A stretch of 64,000 nucleotides of DNA from sequence record LR535910.1. The stretch is one strand, 5' to 3'. The notes under the pieces are model-generated. The model was not told where the DNA came from. It saw nothing but the letters and a program-made list of their open reading frames with translations, and made no database searches. This document shows positions 7,960 to 17,060 of the stretch, piece by piece; the stretch's first letter is position 1, and each line of letters opens with the position of its first letter. Made by a program: the position numbers and the translations under genes.

Positions 7960-8004
7960 ATGCCGTCCGCGCCGTCTTCCCGGATTGGGAACGGAAAAGT
8001 ATAA
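7960..8004 (+). CDS. 14-aa micro-ORF MPSAPSSRIGNGKV
   Basis: Strong AAGGAG RBS before ATG; first ORF after the putative early promoter. Confidence 0.4.
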   Translation: MPSAPSSRIGNGKV

Positions 8005-8024
8005 ATCCGTTTGGAGATACATCC

Positions 8025-8747
8025 ATGTTTCGCACCATTTTATTTCTTCTGGTAGCAATGACTACGTTCAACAGCAACGCTTCTTACCAGACCACCAGTA
8101 ACAAACACCAAAAAGAATTCGTCCTTATCCAGGACCAGTTCAATGAGATTAAACCTCTCATCGTCACCGCATCTCGAAAACAAGGCGTACATGCCGGGAT
8201 GCTCGCGACCACCATTTATCGTGAATCCCGTTTTAATAAAAACGTGGGTAAGAATAAATCGAGCAGTGCTAGTAGTGTTGTCCAAATGACGACAGGCACT
8301 AAACGCTCCATGATACGTCTGTATGGGAAACAACTTAACATCCCAAAGAATGCGGACCTTAATAAACCGAAGTATGCTGTACAGCTTGCTGCCGTTTACA
8401 TGAAACACATCGAGGAACATCTGACAAAACAACTCAAACGCAAGCCGAGCACAGCCGAAATCGCTTTAGGCTACCGCTTCGGTGAGGGTGCTGCTGTTGC
8501 GATGATTAAAAAGAAATCACCGGTCGGGAAACGCTGGATGGCCAGCTACCGAAAAGACGCAGCATTCTACGGTGCGAAAATGACACCACCGAAAGCTGAA
8601 ACACGTCAGCTTGCTTTTGCGAAGGAAGACCACGACCAACGCGTCGCCGAACTTCAGAAAATCTGGGATACGCTGTACACCAAAATATCACCTGCGGCCG
8701 GTACATTACTGGCAAATAACACTATCATGAAAGGAGCATTGCTTTGA
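8025..8747 (+). CDS. Secreted SLT-family lytic transglycosylase
   Basis: Signal-like N-terminus; IYRESRFN with catalytic Glu; ASSVVQMT (variant of AxGLMQ); LAAVYMK; LGYRFGEG. Confidence 0.8.
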   Translation: MFRTILFLLVAMTTFNSNASYQTTSNKHQKEFVLIQDQFNEIKPLIVTASRKQGVHAGMLATTIYRESRFNKNVGKNKSSSASSVVQMTTGTKRSMIRLYGKQLNIPKNADLNKPKYAVQLAAVYMKHIEEHLTKQLKRKPSTAEIALGYRFGEGAAVAMIKKKSPVGKRWMASYRKDAAFYGAKMTPPKAETRQLAFAKEDHDQRVAELQKIWDTLYTKISPAAGTLLANNTIMKGALL

Positions 8748-9337
8748 CACTCGTAACACGCCCCTGGTATCCAGGTCTTAAAACAGCCGCACAAATCACC
8801 GCCAAAGACGTTTACGAACTGATTCGCGCGGGTGCGGAACACGTTCAAACCAATCCGAACTACGTTGAGCGTCCTATCGGTGAAGTCGATGGGGAAGCTG
8901 TCGAAGCACCTGTCTACGTTGAGTACGGCGAATGGTTCGCAGAGAACCACGGTTTCTACGACGCGTTAAACGCGGCGTTTGGTGATGACGAAGACGAAGG
9001 TATCGAATTCGACTGGAACGTTAATCTGGCGCTGATGTGGATTTGTGGTTTACGTCCAGCAATTAACGAAACCGAAGCAGGCTTCGTGCTGACGTGGCGA
9101 CAGTCGGCGGGTTACGATAAAGAACTCGACTTCAAACAGGCGTATATGGATGTGTCGATTGCACTGCAGAAACTGTTCTTCGGCGATCGTGCTTTCTGCC
9201 AGCTCAGCTGGTTGACCATCCTGGAAAAACTGGCAACGTGCCACAAACTGTGGCGAGCAGAAGATGCCCCAGAACATCTTTTCGTGCTCGAATATGCAGT
9301 GGTACCGAACCAGCCGTTCTTTGAGGCCGAAGCGTAA
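8744..9337 (+). CDS. Hypothetical acidic protein
   Basis: AAGGAG RBS; TTG start overlapping the SLT stop. Confidence 0.7.
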   Translation: MTLVTRPWYPGLKTAAQITAKDVYELIRAGAEHVQTNPNYVERPIGEVDGEAVEAPVYVEYGEWFAENHGFYDALNAAFGDDEDEGIEFDWNVNLALMWICGLRPAINETEAGFVLTWRQSAGYDKELDFKQAYMDVSIALQKLFFGDRAFCQLSWLTILEKLATCHKLWRAEDAPEHLFVLEYAVVPNQPFFEAEA

Positions 9338-9342
9338 TTAAC

Positions 9343-9375
9343 GGTCAGACCTTCGGGTCTGACCACCTTTTATTT
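9343..9375 (+). terminator. Intrinsic terminator
   Basis: GGTCAGACC-TTCG-GGTCTGACC followed by a T-rich tail. Confidence 0.85.
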
Positions 9376-9388
9376 AATTCTTGGGTGT

Positions 9389-9655
9389 GTGTTCGTGAAA
9401 CGTTTAATAAATATTCTCTACTGGATGGAGAAACGCTATAGCCACAACATTCCGATGATGTATAGTTTGTTATTCTCTACGGTAATGTTGGTGATCGGTG
9501 CGATTGTCGCGCATCTGATGGAACTCACGTCTCCATGGGCGCAACTCTTTCTTACCATCTGGATGTTGTTCTCAGGCTACCACATACGTGGTTTCATAAC
9601 CCGATTCTTTCGCTGGCGGAGTACCTGGCACGTCTTTAATTCCGACCGTAACTAG
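9389..9655 (+). CDS. Two-TM membrane protein
   Basis: 88 aa with two hydrophobic helices. Confidence 0.6.
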   Translation: MFVKRLINILYWMEKRYSHNIPMMYSLLFSTVMLVIGAIVAHLMELTSPWAQLFLTIWMLFSGYHIRGFITRFFRWRSTWHVFNSDRN

Positions 9656-9657
9656 TT

Positions 9658-9682
9658 TTTTACAGCAGTAACTAATCATCTG
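9658..9682 (+). promoter_or_regulatory. Putative middle promoter
   Basis: TTTTACA-N14-TCTG. Confidence 0.4.
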
Positions 9683-9715
9683 AAAATACCATTGACTTTT
9701 ATAAGGACTATTAAC

Positions 9716-10849
9716 ATGCAATTTCCAATTTCCGTAATCGAAGATATGGCTCGTGTAGTACGTGACCGTGCGTATGTGCTTAGCTACGAAGGTATTCGTG
9801 CATATTCAGAAGCTCTGATTGCACAACACGTCACTGGCACCGGTGTTATCAACCCGGATCTTTACAATGCGCTGGTCGATAACAATGTGGAGGCTTATCT
9901 GCCGCTGCCGCACCTGCGTAATAAGTTGTGCCTTTCTTCTCAAACTCTTCAGTTTGATAACCTGCCACCACTGAAATATTCGCCAGATGACCGTTGGGGA
10001 AGTATGCTGGGTGTAGCTTTCCAAAATTGCCACGCGCCTTATAACTGGTCTATTCTCGTTGAAGGTGTTGATGGTGTCTGGTATGCCATTGCACATTCTG
10101 ACGGATTCTTCTTCGAACCAGGTGAGTTGATTAAACCAGTAAGTGCCCCACAAGGTCGTGCTAAGGTTGGGCATTGTTACATTGAATTGACTCATGTCCA
10201 GTGGACTATCGAAGACTGGCGTGCTGCCTCCGTTATCTTCGGTGACGGTAAACCACACTCAGTTACTTTCGAGCGTTGTGAAGCAGAGCATGTTGAAGAG
10301 ACTGACAATGACGAAGTGGGAGATCGTTACGCGCCGCTGGAAGAGTGTCGTAACATCGCGAACATCGACTGGGTGAAAGTCTTTACGGCCAACCCCGGTT
10401 TCCGTGGTCAGACTATCAACCCCGGCGAAGTAACCTGGGAAGGTTTCGTACAACTCGCAGATAAACTCGGTTATGACGTGTGGGATTACACCTACAAACG
10501 TCCATACCCGAATGCGTCGGAAGATGAAGACCACGATGAAATCATTCTGGAAAACTTGGTTGATATCGAAAATGTGTTTATTGACGACGAAATCTTTGTT
10601 ACCCTCGGTATCGAACGTCCGAAATCAACCGCATATCCGGTATCGGTTGCCAGCGTTATTCAGGAACTGGGCAAGATGCAGGAGCAGACCGTCGAAGTGA
10701 AAATCGACGAAGAGCAAATGCATATCGTTGCACAGGTACAGAAAACTCTGAACCTGGATAAACTGTACGCGGAAATCCGCAAGCTGCCGAAAAAGAAACG
10801 TACTGCTGCCACAATCAAAGCAATGGTGCGCGATATCATCGGTAAATAA
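9716..10849 (+). CDS. Hypothetical protein (start moved from 9692)
   Basis: AAGGA RBS; acidic middle and basic C-terminal helix. Confidence 0.8.
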   Translation: MQFPISVIEDMARVVRDRAYVLSYEGIRAYSEALIAQHVTGTGVINPDLYNALVDNNVEAYLPLPHLRNKLCLSSQTLQFDNLPPLKYSPDDRWGSMLGVAFQNCHAPYNWSILVEGVDGVWYAIAHSDGFFFEPGELIKPVSAPQGRAKVGHCYIELTHVQWTIEDWRAASVIFGDGKPHSVTFERCEAEHVEETDNDEVGDRYAPLEECRNIANIDWVKVFTANPGFRGQTINPGEVTWEGFVQLADKLGYDVWDYTYKRPYPNASEDEDHDEIILENLVDIENVFIDDEIFVTLGIERPKSTAYPVSVASVIQELGKMQEQTVEVKIDEEQMHIVAQVQKTLNLDKLYAEIRKLPKKKRTAATIKAMVRDIIGK

Positions 10850-10861
10850 TGCGATAAAAAA

Positions 10862-10905
10862 TAAAAGCCTACCTACTCCCTTGGGAGTAGGTAGTTCTTT
10901 TTTTC
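10862..10905. terminator. Bidirectional terminator
   Basis: CTACCTACTCC-CTTG-GGAGTAGGTAG flanked by A- and T-runs, between convergent genes. Confidence 0.85.
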
Positions 10906-10906
10906 T

Positions 10907-11530
10907 TTAATTTGTTAACCCGTTATCTTTCAGGATTTTCAACATCGCATCATTCAACGCCTGCAGTTCTTGATTCTGCTTAGTGAGTGTTGCAACTTGT
11001 TCTGTCAGAGGAACCTGCTCACGGATTTTGGCTTTACGCACCGCTTCCATTTGCAAGTGTTCCTCTTCCGTCACCGTCCCTTCGTAATCCATCGATGTGA
11101 TGTCCACACGTGCATCGATTCCTAAACCGCGTTCTAAGATGCTTTTCAGGTCGTTCGTTAGCAGTGTGACATCGACGTATTCGGGTATTAATGCCAGGTC
11201 AATAACCACCACATTGCGTCTATAATTTAACCCGTTCAGTCCAGGATACGTCTCAATGTACGTATCAGGCAACTCGTAGACTTGACCGTCCCTCGACTTT
11301 AATGTTACAATCGAGGCTTCGACATTAGCGTCGCTGATATAGTCGTCACGAGTTAGGCCGACAGGTTTATAATACTTGTTATAAACGTCAATATTATTAC
11401 GTTGGAGTTTCGGAAAGTTCTGTACCGCGTCAACACGGTAAATCACTTTATCTGGCAACGTATAAGGTGCCTTAACCTTGAACAACCCCTCAAGGTTAAC
11501 CTGAGGCGTGTTAGGCAACAGTTGTGCCAT
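10907..11530 (-). CDS. Putative virion structural protein
   Basis: 207 aa with C-terminal coiled coil; GGAGG RBS; position matches SPN3US gp202 (recall). Confidence 0.6.
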   Translation of the reverse strand: MAQLLPNTPQVNLEGLFKVKAPYTLPDKVIYRVDAVQNFPKLQRNNIDVYNKYYKPVGLTRDDYISDANVEASIVTLKSRDGQVYELPDTYIETYPGLNGLNYRRNVVVIDLALIPEYVDVTLLTNDLKSILERGLGIDARVDITSMDYEGTVTEEEHLQMEAVRKAKIREQVPLTEQVATLTKQNQELQALNDAMLKILKDNGLTN

Positions 11531-11540
11531 TTAACCCTCC

Positions 11541-12920
11541 TTAGGCTTCTGGCTCTGCCGCAGGGACATCCCAAACAGCTTTGCGGGCCAAGACACGATA
11601 CTCCACGTTATCGAATTCGAAGACGTAGAAGTAAACGTTAGGATCGACGTCGTCTACGAGCTTCACGATATCCAGCGGGGTGGAATGTGGGTGATACTCT
11701 TCCGCTGCGATTAACGCCTGGAAGAACAAGTCCAGCCACTCGGTGGTTTTCTTCGACATTCTCGCAATATCTGCATTGTTAGTGCCGATTAATGCGTAGT
11801 CGGGAATCGTATCGTGCAGGGTCGTTTTGCGTGAATCGTTTTCAGGGCCTGCGATAACTACAGCGTTTAGTGATTTATAGATGGACGGTAAATCCGTTAC
11901 ATCGGTAGTTGGAGTTGAGATTGCTCCACTATTTTTTTCCGTAATGGTTTGAACAGTCCACTCCCCAAATCGGGAGATTGCTTTGACCCAGAAATCATAT
12001 GGGAGAATCGGCGAGTATAATGCCGCAACGTCTTCCTCATTTGGAATCCCACGAATTGACCAACCGGGAACAATTGTGAACTTGGTGGTCGTAAAGATTT
12101 CTGGGAACACCTTGACACCCAACGCCACAGTAAAACTGGAGTTTGCCAAAATGTAATCACGCAACGCTTGTTTAATCCTGCTCGGGTTACGACCCGCGCG
12201 TCCGTAGATGATAGCCGACATCGGTATCGGTAAGGTGGAATCAAAGTCTTCCTGGTCGTGCCAAGTATAGATGTTAGTAATCAGGCTAGTGTACGGATAA
12301 CCGTCAGCTAATTCGTTAATCTTATTATGGTGATCCGGAAGGTTGAACCCTTCCATTGCCTTTTCGACTACAGATTTCACAGCCAAGAAAGTATCAACCG
12401 GTAATATCGGCATTTGGACTTCAATTTCAAATCCGGTATAGTCCTGATTGAAATCTTCATCAGCAAACCAGAGAATAATCTGGTTATTCACATCAGATGG
12501 GTCTTCGACTTTATCTGCTGTGGTTTCAAGTTTCCAACTGACCCAACGTGGGAACCAGTTACTGTTAGTCTGAATCATCGCGCCAGACTGAACACCGCTG
12601 ATGACACTATTAAATTGCCCCAACAGCAAACGCTGGAATTCAACTTCGTCGTTTCTTAAGTTGCCCAGGATAGACTGTTGGTAGATCCATTGGGAAACAG
12701 TAAGAACGTGGTCGCTAAAGACGGCCGGGGTCTTAATAGGCAACTCGTCACGTTTAGAAGTAAAAGCAACCAGTTCCACCTGCAGATTTTCTTTAGTAAA
12801 ATACTGCTTGCTTTTAGCGAACGAATATGACAGCTCAGACAACTCACCTACCGGAGCGGTGTTGCCAGGGCCATTATCAATCAGAGCCGCTATTTGAATA
12901 AAGCCTTGTAAATCATACAT
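11541..12920 (-). CDS. Putative virion structural protein
   Basis: 459 aa, GGAGAG RBS; position matches SPN3US gp203 (recall). Confidence 0.6.
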   Translation of the reverse strand: MYDLQGFIQIAALIDNGPGNTAPVGELSELSYSFAKSKQYFTKENLQVELVAFTSKRDELPIKTPAVFSDHVLTVSQWIYQQSILGNLRNDEVEFQRLLLGQFNSVISGVQSGAMIQTNSNWFPRWVSWKLETTADKVEDPSDVNNQIILWFADEDFNQDYTGFEIEVQMPILPVDTFLAVKSVVEKAMEGFNLPDHHNKINELADGYPYTSLITNIYTWHDQEDFDSTLPIPMSAIIYGRAGRNPSRIKQALRDYILANSSFTVALGVKVFPEIFTTTKFTIVPGWSIRGIPNEEDVAALYSPILPYDFWVKAISRFGEWTVQTITEKNSGAISTPTTDVTDLPSIYKSLNAVVIAGPENDSRKTTLHDTIPDYALIGTNNADIARMSKKTTEWLDLFFQALIAAEEYHPHSTPLDIVKLVDDVDPNVYFYVFEFDNVEYRVLARKAVWDVPAAEPEA

Positions 12921-12944
12921 AATTAAAAACTCTCCGAGGTGAGC

Positions 12945-13454
12945 ATGATAGCATCAGTTTTCAAACTGCTTCCATTCTTACAAATGCTGTGGGAAGCATT
13001 TAAACCGGGCGAGGGGGAGAAAGTAACACGAGCCGGGAAAATAGTGACACTAGTGATAGTGGCACTGATCGCGTTCTCTGCATTTGTCTCATACGCCTAC
13101 ATTGTTCAATACCACACACTGGTTAGCGTTCAATCGCGTACTCAGTATCTGGAGATATCCTATAAGGAGCTAAAAGAGAAGTCCGATCATGGCGAAGTGG
13201 AGAACAATAAGTTGTACGATCGTCTCTTCACGTGCCTGGGTTCTCGACCGCCATATGATGGTACCAAATCTCCAACAGGAACAGGCACTGAGGCCGCGGT
13301 TCCGCCTGTAGAACTCAAGCCGGTAACACCGCCGGCACCGTTAAATCCGTCTAGCCCACCTGCCAAGAAATACCAGGCCGCTTCTCGCCCGGTAGGGTCG
13401 CAGGAGGCAAATGATTTCCGACAGGAGATTATCAGTACGCTTAATAATCCATGA
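12945..13454 (+). CDS. Single-TM inner-membrane protein, i-spanin/holin-like
   Basis: GAGGTG RBS; one TM, then a coiled coil, one Cys and a Pro-rich tail. Confidence 0.55.
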   Translation: MIASVFKLLPFLQMLWEAFKPGEGEKVTRAGKIVTLVIVALIAFSAFVSYAYIVQYHTLVSVQSRTQYLEISYKELKEKSDHGEVENNKLYDRLFTCLGSRPPYDGTKSPTGTGTEAAVPPVELKPVTPPAPLNPSSPPAKKYQAASRPVGSQEANDFRQEIISTLNNP

Positions 13455-13463
13455 GGAGCATAC

Positions 13464-13943
13464 ATGAAGTTATTTTTGGTGGCGATACTGGTGCTATTGT
13501 TGACAGGATGCCCTGGAGCCATCCGTCACGTAGACCCAGATTACTCCTCAACCGGAGATTGGCCTTTTCGTCCTTTAGAACACCCACCAGTTTATGCTGG
13601 TGGGAACAGTCCTGAGGCGAAAAAGCTGGCAGGGAAAATGTTTGTTGCGGATGTGAACGCTTATGCTTATTACGTTTATCTGTACGCTAAGTCGTTGAAC
13701 AATTACGCAGAAGCTAAGGGGTGGCGCACCCCGATGGCCGCACCGCTTTGTGAAGAGTTTATTCGCCCCACTCTTCATGATATACCCTCCGGGATATATC
13801 TCGACCCTGGTTCTCGTAGCCCTCAAGACATTAGTCGTGATTTGTCACGACAGATTAAGTCTCTCATTCGCAGCTATCGCGAAGACAGAGAGTCTTTTAA
13901 TCATGCCTACGAACGGCACAAAAGTAGTTGCCTTGTGCAATGA
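13464..13943 (+). CDS. Lipoprotein, o-spanin-like
   Basis: Lipobox LLTG-C after a hydrophobic leader; Pro-rich; two further Cys. Confidence 0.7.
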   Translation: MKLFLVAILVLLLTGCPGAIRHVDPDYSSTGDWPFRPLEHPPVYAGGNSPEAKKLAGKMFVADVNAYAYYVYLYAKSLNNYAEAKGWRTPMAAPLCEEFIRPTLHDIPSGIYLDPGSRSPQDISRDLSRQIKSLIRSYREDRESFNHAYERHKSSCLVQ

Positions 13944-13948
13944 AAACT

Positions 13949-13985
13949 CCCTCTTACCTTCGGGTAAGAGGGGATTTCCTTTTTT
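13949..13985 (+). terminator. Intrinsic terminator
   Basis: CCCTCTTACC-TTCG-GGTAAGAGGG followed by a T-run. Confidence 0.85.
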
Positions 13986-14006
13986 ACGTTAATAGTCAAT
14001 AGTGTG
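13982..14006 (+). promoter_or_regulatory. Putative middle promoter
   Basis: TTTTACG-N14-TGTG. Confidence 0.45.
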
Positions 14007-14031
14007 ATATATAATCTCGTGGAGAGTTGAA

Positions 14032-14751
14032 ATGACATATCCTAAAATTCTGCCTGTTTTAACGCCCACCGTTGTTGTTGGGACGGACTTAGAGACCCTG
14101 GCTTTACGTCCAGATGCCTACATCTTAACGTTGGCAAACGTGGCATTCGATGTTCCGACAATGAAAATGATCGGTTCATGTTACCACAAAATCGACCCCA
14201 ATGATGCAAAAGCAAAAGAAATCTTCTACATCGATCCACAAACGGTCGGTTATTGGGAAGGTAAAGGCGACCCCGAATACGCACCGAGCGAGAAAGCACG
14301 TATTGAAGCGTTTTCTGGGACCACTCCACTGCCAGAAGCACTGTGGGCGGCCAAAAAATGGTTGGATGATCTGGGCAACGTGAAAATGGTTATCACCATG
14401 CGCGGTCCCGATTTCGATGCTCCAATTCTGATGAACGCATTCGCGCAGTGCGATATCCCGCCGGGCAAGTACCGCAAGTTTTCTATATTGGACTCTGACC
14501 GGACTGCAGAACGTATTGCATATGCGTTTGGCCTGGAACCGAACTGGCACGCAGAAGCGCACCATTGGACCCGTGGCAAAGAAGCGTACGAGCATAACGC
14601 TAGCTTCGATGCTGCGAAGGAAGCGTATTCTACGGCACGCATCTATCATTTGGCCCTGGTCGCGCGTACGTACGGCTTCGAACGCATGTTAGAAGCCCAC
14701 CGCGAAATGTGCACAGGTGAATACATTCCACCGCAGTTGCGAGGAGAATAA
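14032..14751 (+). CDS. DEDDh 3'-5' exonuclease
   Basis: TDLETL (Exo I), RGPDFDAPIL (Exo II), HNASFDA (Exo III). Confidence 0.88.
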   Translation: MTYPKILPVLTPTVVVGTDLETLALRPDAYILTLANVAFDVPTMKMIGSCYHKIDPNDAKAKEIFYIDPQTVGYWEGKGDPEYAPSEKARIEAFSGTTPLPEALWAAKKWLDDLGNVKMVITMRGPDFDAPILMNAFAQCDIPPGKYRKFSILDSDRTAERIAYAFGLEPNWHAEAHHWTRGKEAYEHNASFDAAKEAYSTARIYHLALVARTYGFERMLEAHREMCTGEYIPPQLRGE

Positions 14752-16265
14752 TGAAAGACGTCGACGTAGCGGTTATTTATACCGATGGTAGTCATACTGA
14801 GTCCCCGAAAGGTTCGGGGGCTGGTATTCATGGTTATTTATTCAACAACGGAGATTTGGAAGACAGTCAGGCTTATAGCCATCCGGGTGTTTCAGAACGG
14901 ATTACCACTGTTGGATACAAAAAAGTGCCGCAGGATGTGAAGTGTCCGGAGTTGCCGGACACCGTTCAATTTGTCGACGCCGTTATTCCCGTTCCGAAAG
15001 AGTTCTACTCAGATGTGGGCGAGTTAATCGCCTTCATCACGTTGTTTGAGAACGCGCCCTTCCGCGCGAAGAACTATATCATCTACGTGGATGCCAGTTA
15101 CGTTGTAAACACTTTTAACGAGTGGATAGACGGCTGGCATAAACGTGGTTGGGTTCGTGCTGACGGTACTCCGCTGGCGAACAAAGAACTTATTGTTCGT
15201 ATCTGGGAAATCAAACAGCAGATGAAAAAAGAAGGACGGGGTGTTAAGGTTATCAAAATCAAAGGACACTCCGGCCACTACGGTAACGACCGGGCGGACG
15301 AATTGGCTAGAAAAGGTTCAGCCGTCACAGCGACCAACGACGGTGTTCCATATCAGCCGTACTGGTCGAAGGATGAGTTGCCTGCATCCGCGGAACCCGA
15401 GCCCATCGCCGCTGGGATGAACCTTGCGGCATATCCGCCGATTTGTACGGTTAAATATTGCTATCCGTTGGTGAACGAGGACCATCCTACTGTAAAAGTG
15501 AAAGATGAAACTTTCTATTACATGTTTGGTGGCAACCATGCAAAGAACAAGGACGACTTGGTGTTTATTGGGAAAATGATTCCTGATGCACACTTTTCCG
15601 TAATGTTCACTAAACAACCGTGGGATAACATCTACACGATTGTAAACAACCACGCCGCCCTGGCATGGAAAGATACACCGAAGATGCGGCAGTATGATCC
15701 AATCGGTGTTGTTAACAATGAGTTCGTTAAACGTAAGAAGTTCGTTGACGTGGCAGGTGATGGATTACCGGCAGACAAGATGCATTTCAGTGGAGAAGAT
15801 TCCAATGTCTGGTTCTTTGAAGACCTGGCCATCTCCAGAATGCTTCGCCCGCCCTTATTGTCGTACCGTGCGCTCGATATTCGTGACGAACTCGCTACAA
15901 CGTTGAGAGATGTTCTGCATCAGGAAAAGGGTTATGTCTTAAATGATATTACTGACTTGTTGTTCGATGACAAAGGTAAGCCTGTTAAGGAATACTACCG
16001 TAGCGTCGATAAGTCAATAACGTTAAAGATTGACTTTCCGATGGGTAAACGACCTGTCTCGGTTATTTTGACTCGCGGTATCGATATTCCATCGCGTACG
16101 GAAATCAACCGTATTAAAGAACCCGAAGGCCGTTATTACATCGCGGTGTGTCGTCCTGAAAAATACTACATCCGTTACTTCTTAATCTATATCGGTAAAG
16201 AGTATCATGGGTTGTGGTGTGCGTATTACGCAAACCGTCGCATACTGCGAGAAGAAGAGGTGTAA
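14751..16265 (+). CDS. rnhA: RNase HI with long C-terminal extension
   Basis: IYTDGS, GELIAF, YVDASYV, W...GW...DG.P.ANKEL, KIKGHSGHYGNDRADELA. Confidence 0.9.
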   Translation: MKDVDVAVIYTDGSHTESPKGSGAGIHGYLFNNGDLEDSQAYSHPGVSERITTVGYKKVPQDVKCPELPDTVQFVDAVIPVPKEFYSDVGELIAFITLFENAPFRAKNYIIYVDASYVVNTFNEWIDGWHKRGWVRADGTPLANKELIVRIWEIKQQMKKEGRGVKVIKIKGHSGHYGNDRADELARKGSAVTATNDGVPYQPYWSKDELPASAEPEPIAAGMNLAAYPPICTVKYCYPLVNEDHPTVKVKDETFYYMFGGNHAKNKDDLVFIGKMIPDAHFSVMFTKQPWDNIYTIVNNHAALAWKDTPKMRQYDPIGVVNNEFVKRKKFVDVAGDGLPADKMHFSGEDSNVWFFEDLAISRMLRPPLLSYRALDIRDELATTLRDVLHQEKGYVLNDITDLLFDDKGKPVKEYYRSVDKSITLKIDFPMGKRPVSVILTRGIDIPSRTEINRIKEPEGRYYIAVCRPEKYYIRYFLIYIGKEYHGLWCAYYANRRILREEEV

Positions 16266-16266
16266 C

Positions 16267-17007
16267 ATGTTGCGAGTCGTGAGTGAATCGCTCACGCTCC
16301 ACACACAAAGTCTGATTAACTGTGTGGAGCAATACGGATGGATGTCGTGGATGGCAACGAACCGTGAGTTCGGTGCTGCGCCCATGGAAGATTACGACGT
16401 GTTGTACAAGTGGGGATTTGAAGCGGCTTGTGATGTTGTGGCAGAGCTGGTTACCGAAACAATTGCGCGTTACAACGCAAGATGTGATGAACCGATGCCT
16501 AAACAAGTCCCGCCGCAAATACCTCCGCTACCGACAATCGATCGTGAGCATTGTCGAATCTGGACAATGGAAGAGTTGTACGACGAACACGTTAGAATGC
16601 TGAAACCGAACGAGCTAATAACCGGTGCGTTGAACTGGTTCTTACATCGTTTCTGGACAGAGTTGGTCGATGTGGCGGGTGACGAAGATAATTGTTCTCA
16701 GGTTATTTGGTACGATCGAGCGATGTTTCATCGCAGTCTTAAAGATCGTAGTCTCTGCAACCTGTATATTGTTGACCCGTGTGAAGACATTGTAAAGGTA
16801 GCAGAAGGTAACTCTTATTCCGACTTGGTGATGCCCGTGGTAGAAAAACCGATGGGTATTTTCCTGCAGGGAGACGCTTGGGTTTTAACGGATGATATCT
16901 CGGGCTACCTGCTGGACCCGGATGACATTCACTCGGACGAACCTGATACCATCGAGTATTTTCACTTTACAGAACAGGCAGCACGCTTCTTGCATCTCTT
17001 AAAGTAA
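16267..17007 (+). CDS. Hypothetical protein (start moved from 16207)
   Basis: GAGGT RBS before ATG 16267. Confidence 0.75.
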   Translation: MLRVVSESLTLHTQSLINCVEQYGWMSWMATNREFGAAPMEDYDVLYKWGFEAACDVVAELVTETIARYNARCDEPMPKQVPPQIPPLPTIDREHCRIWTMEELYDEHVRMLKPNELITGALNWFLHRFWTELVDVAGDEDNCSQVIWYDRAMFHRSLKDRSLCNLYIVDPCEDIVKVAEGNSYSDLVMPVVEKPMGIFLQGDAWVLTDDISGYLLDPDDIHSDEPDTIEYFHFTEQAARFLHLLK

Positions 17008-17011
17008 TCTG

Positions 17012-17025
17012 AGATAGATATTATC
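17012..17025 (+). promoter_or_regulatory. Putative early promoter
   Basis: AGATAGATATTATC followed by TACAGGG, intergenic. Confidence 0.6.
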
Positions 17026-17060
17026 TACAGGGACGTAACCTTAAGGAGAATTTATTCACG

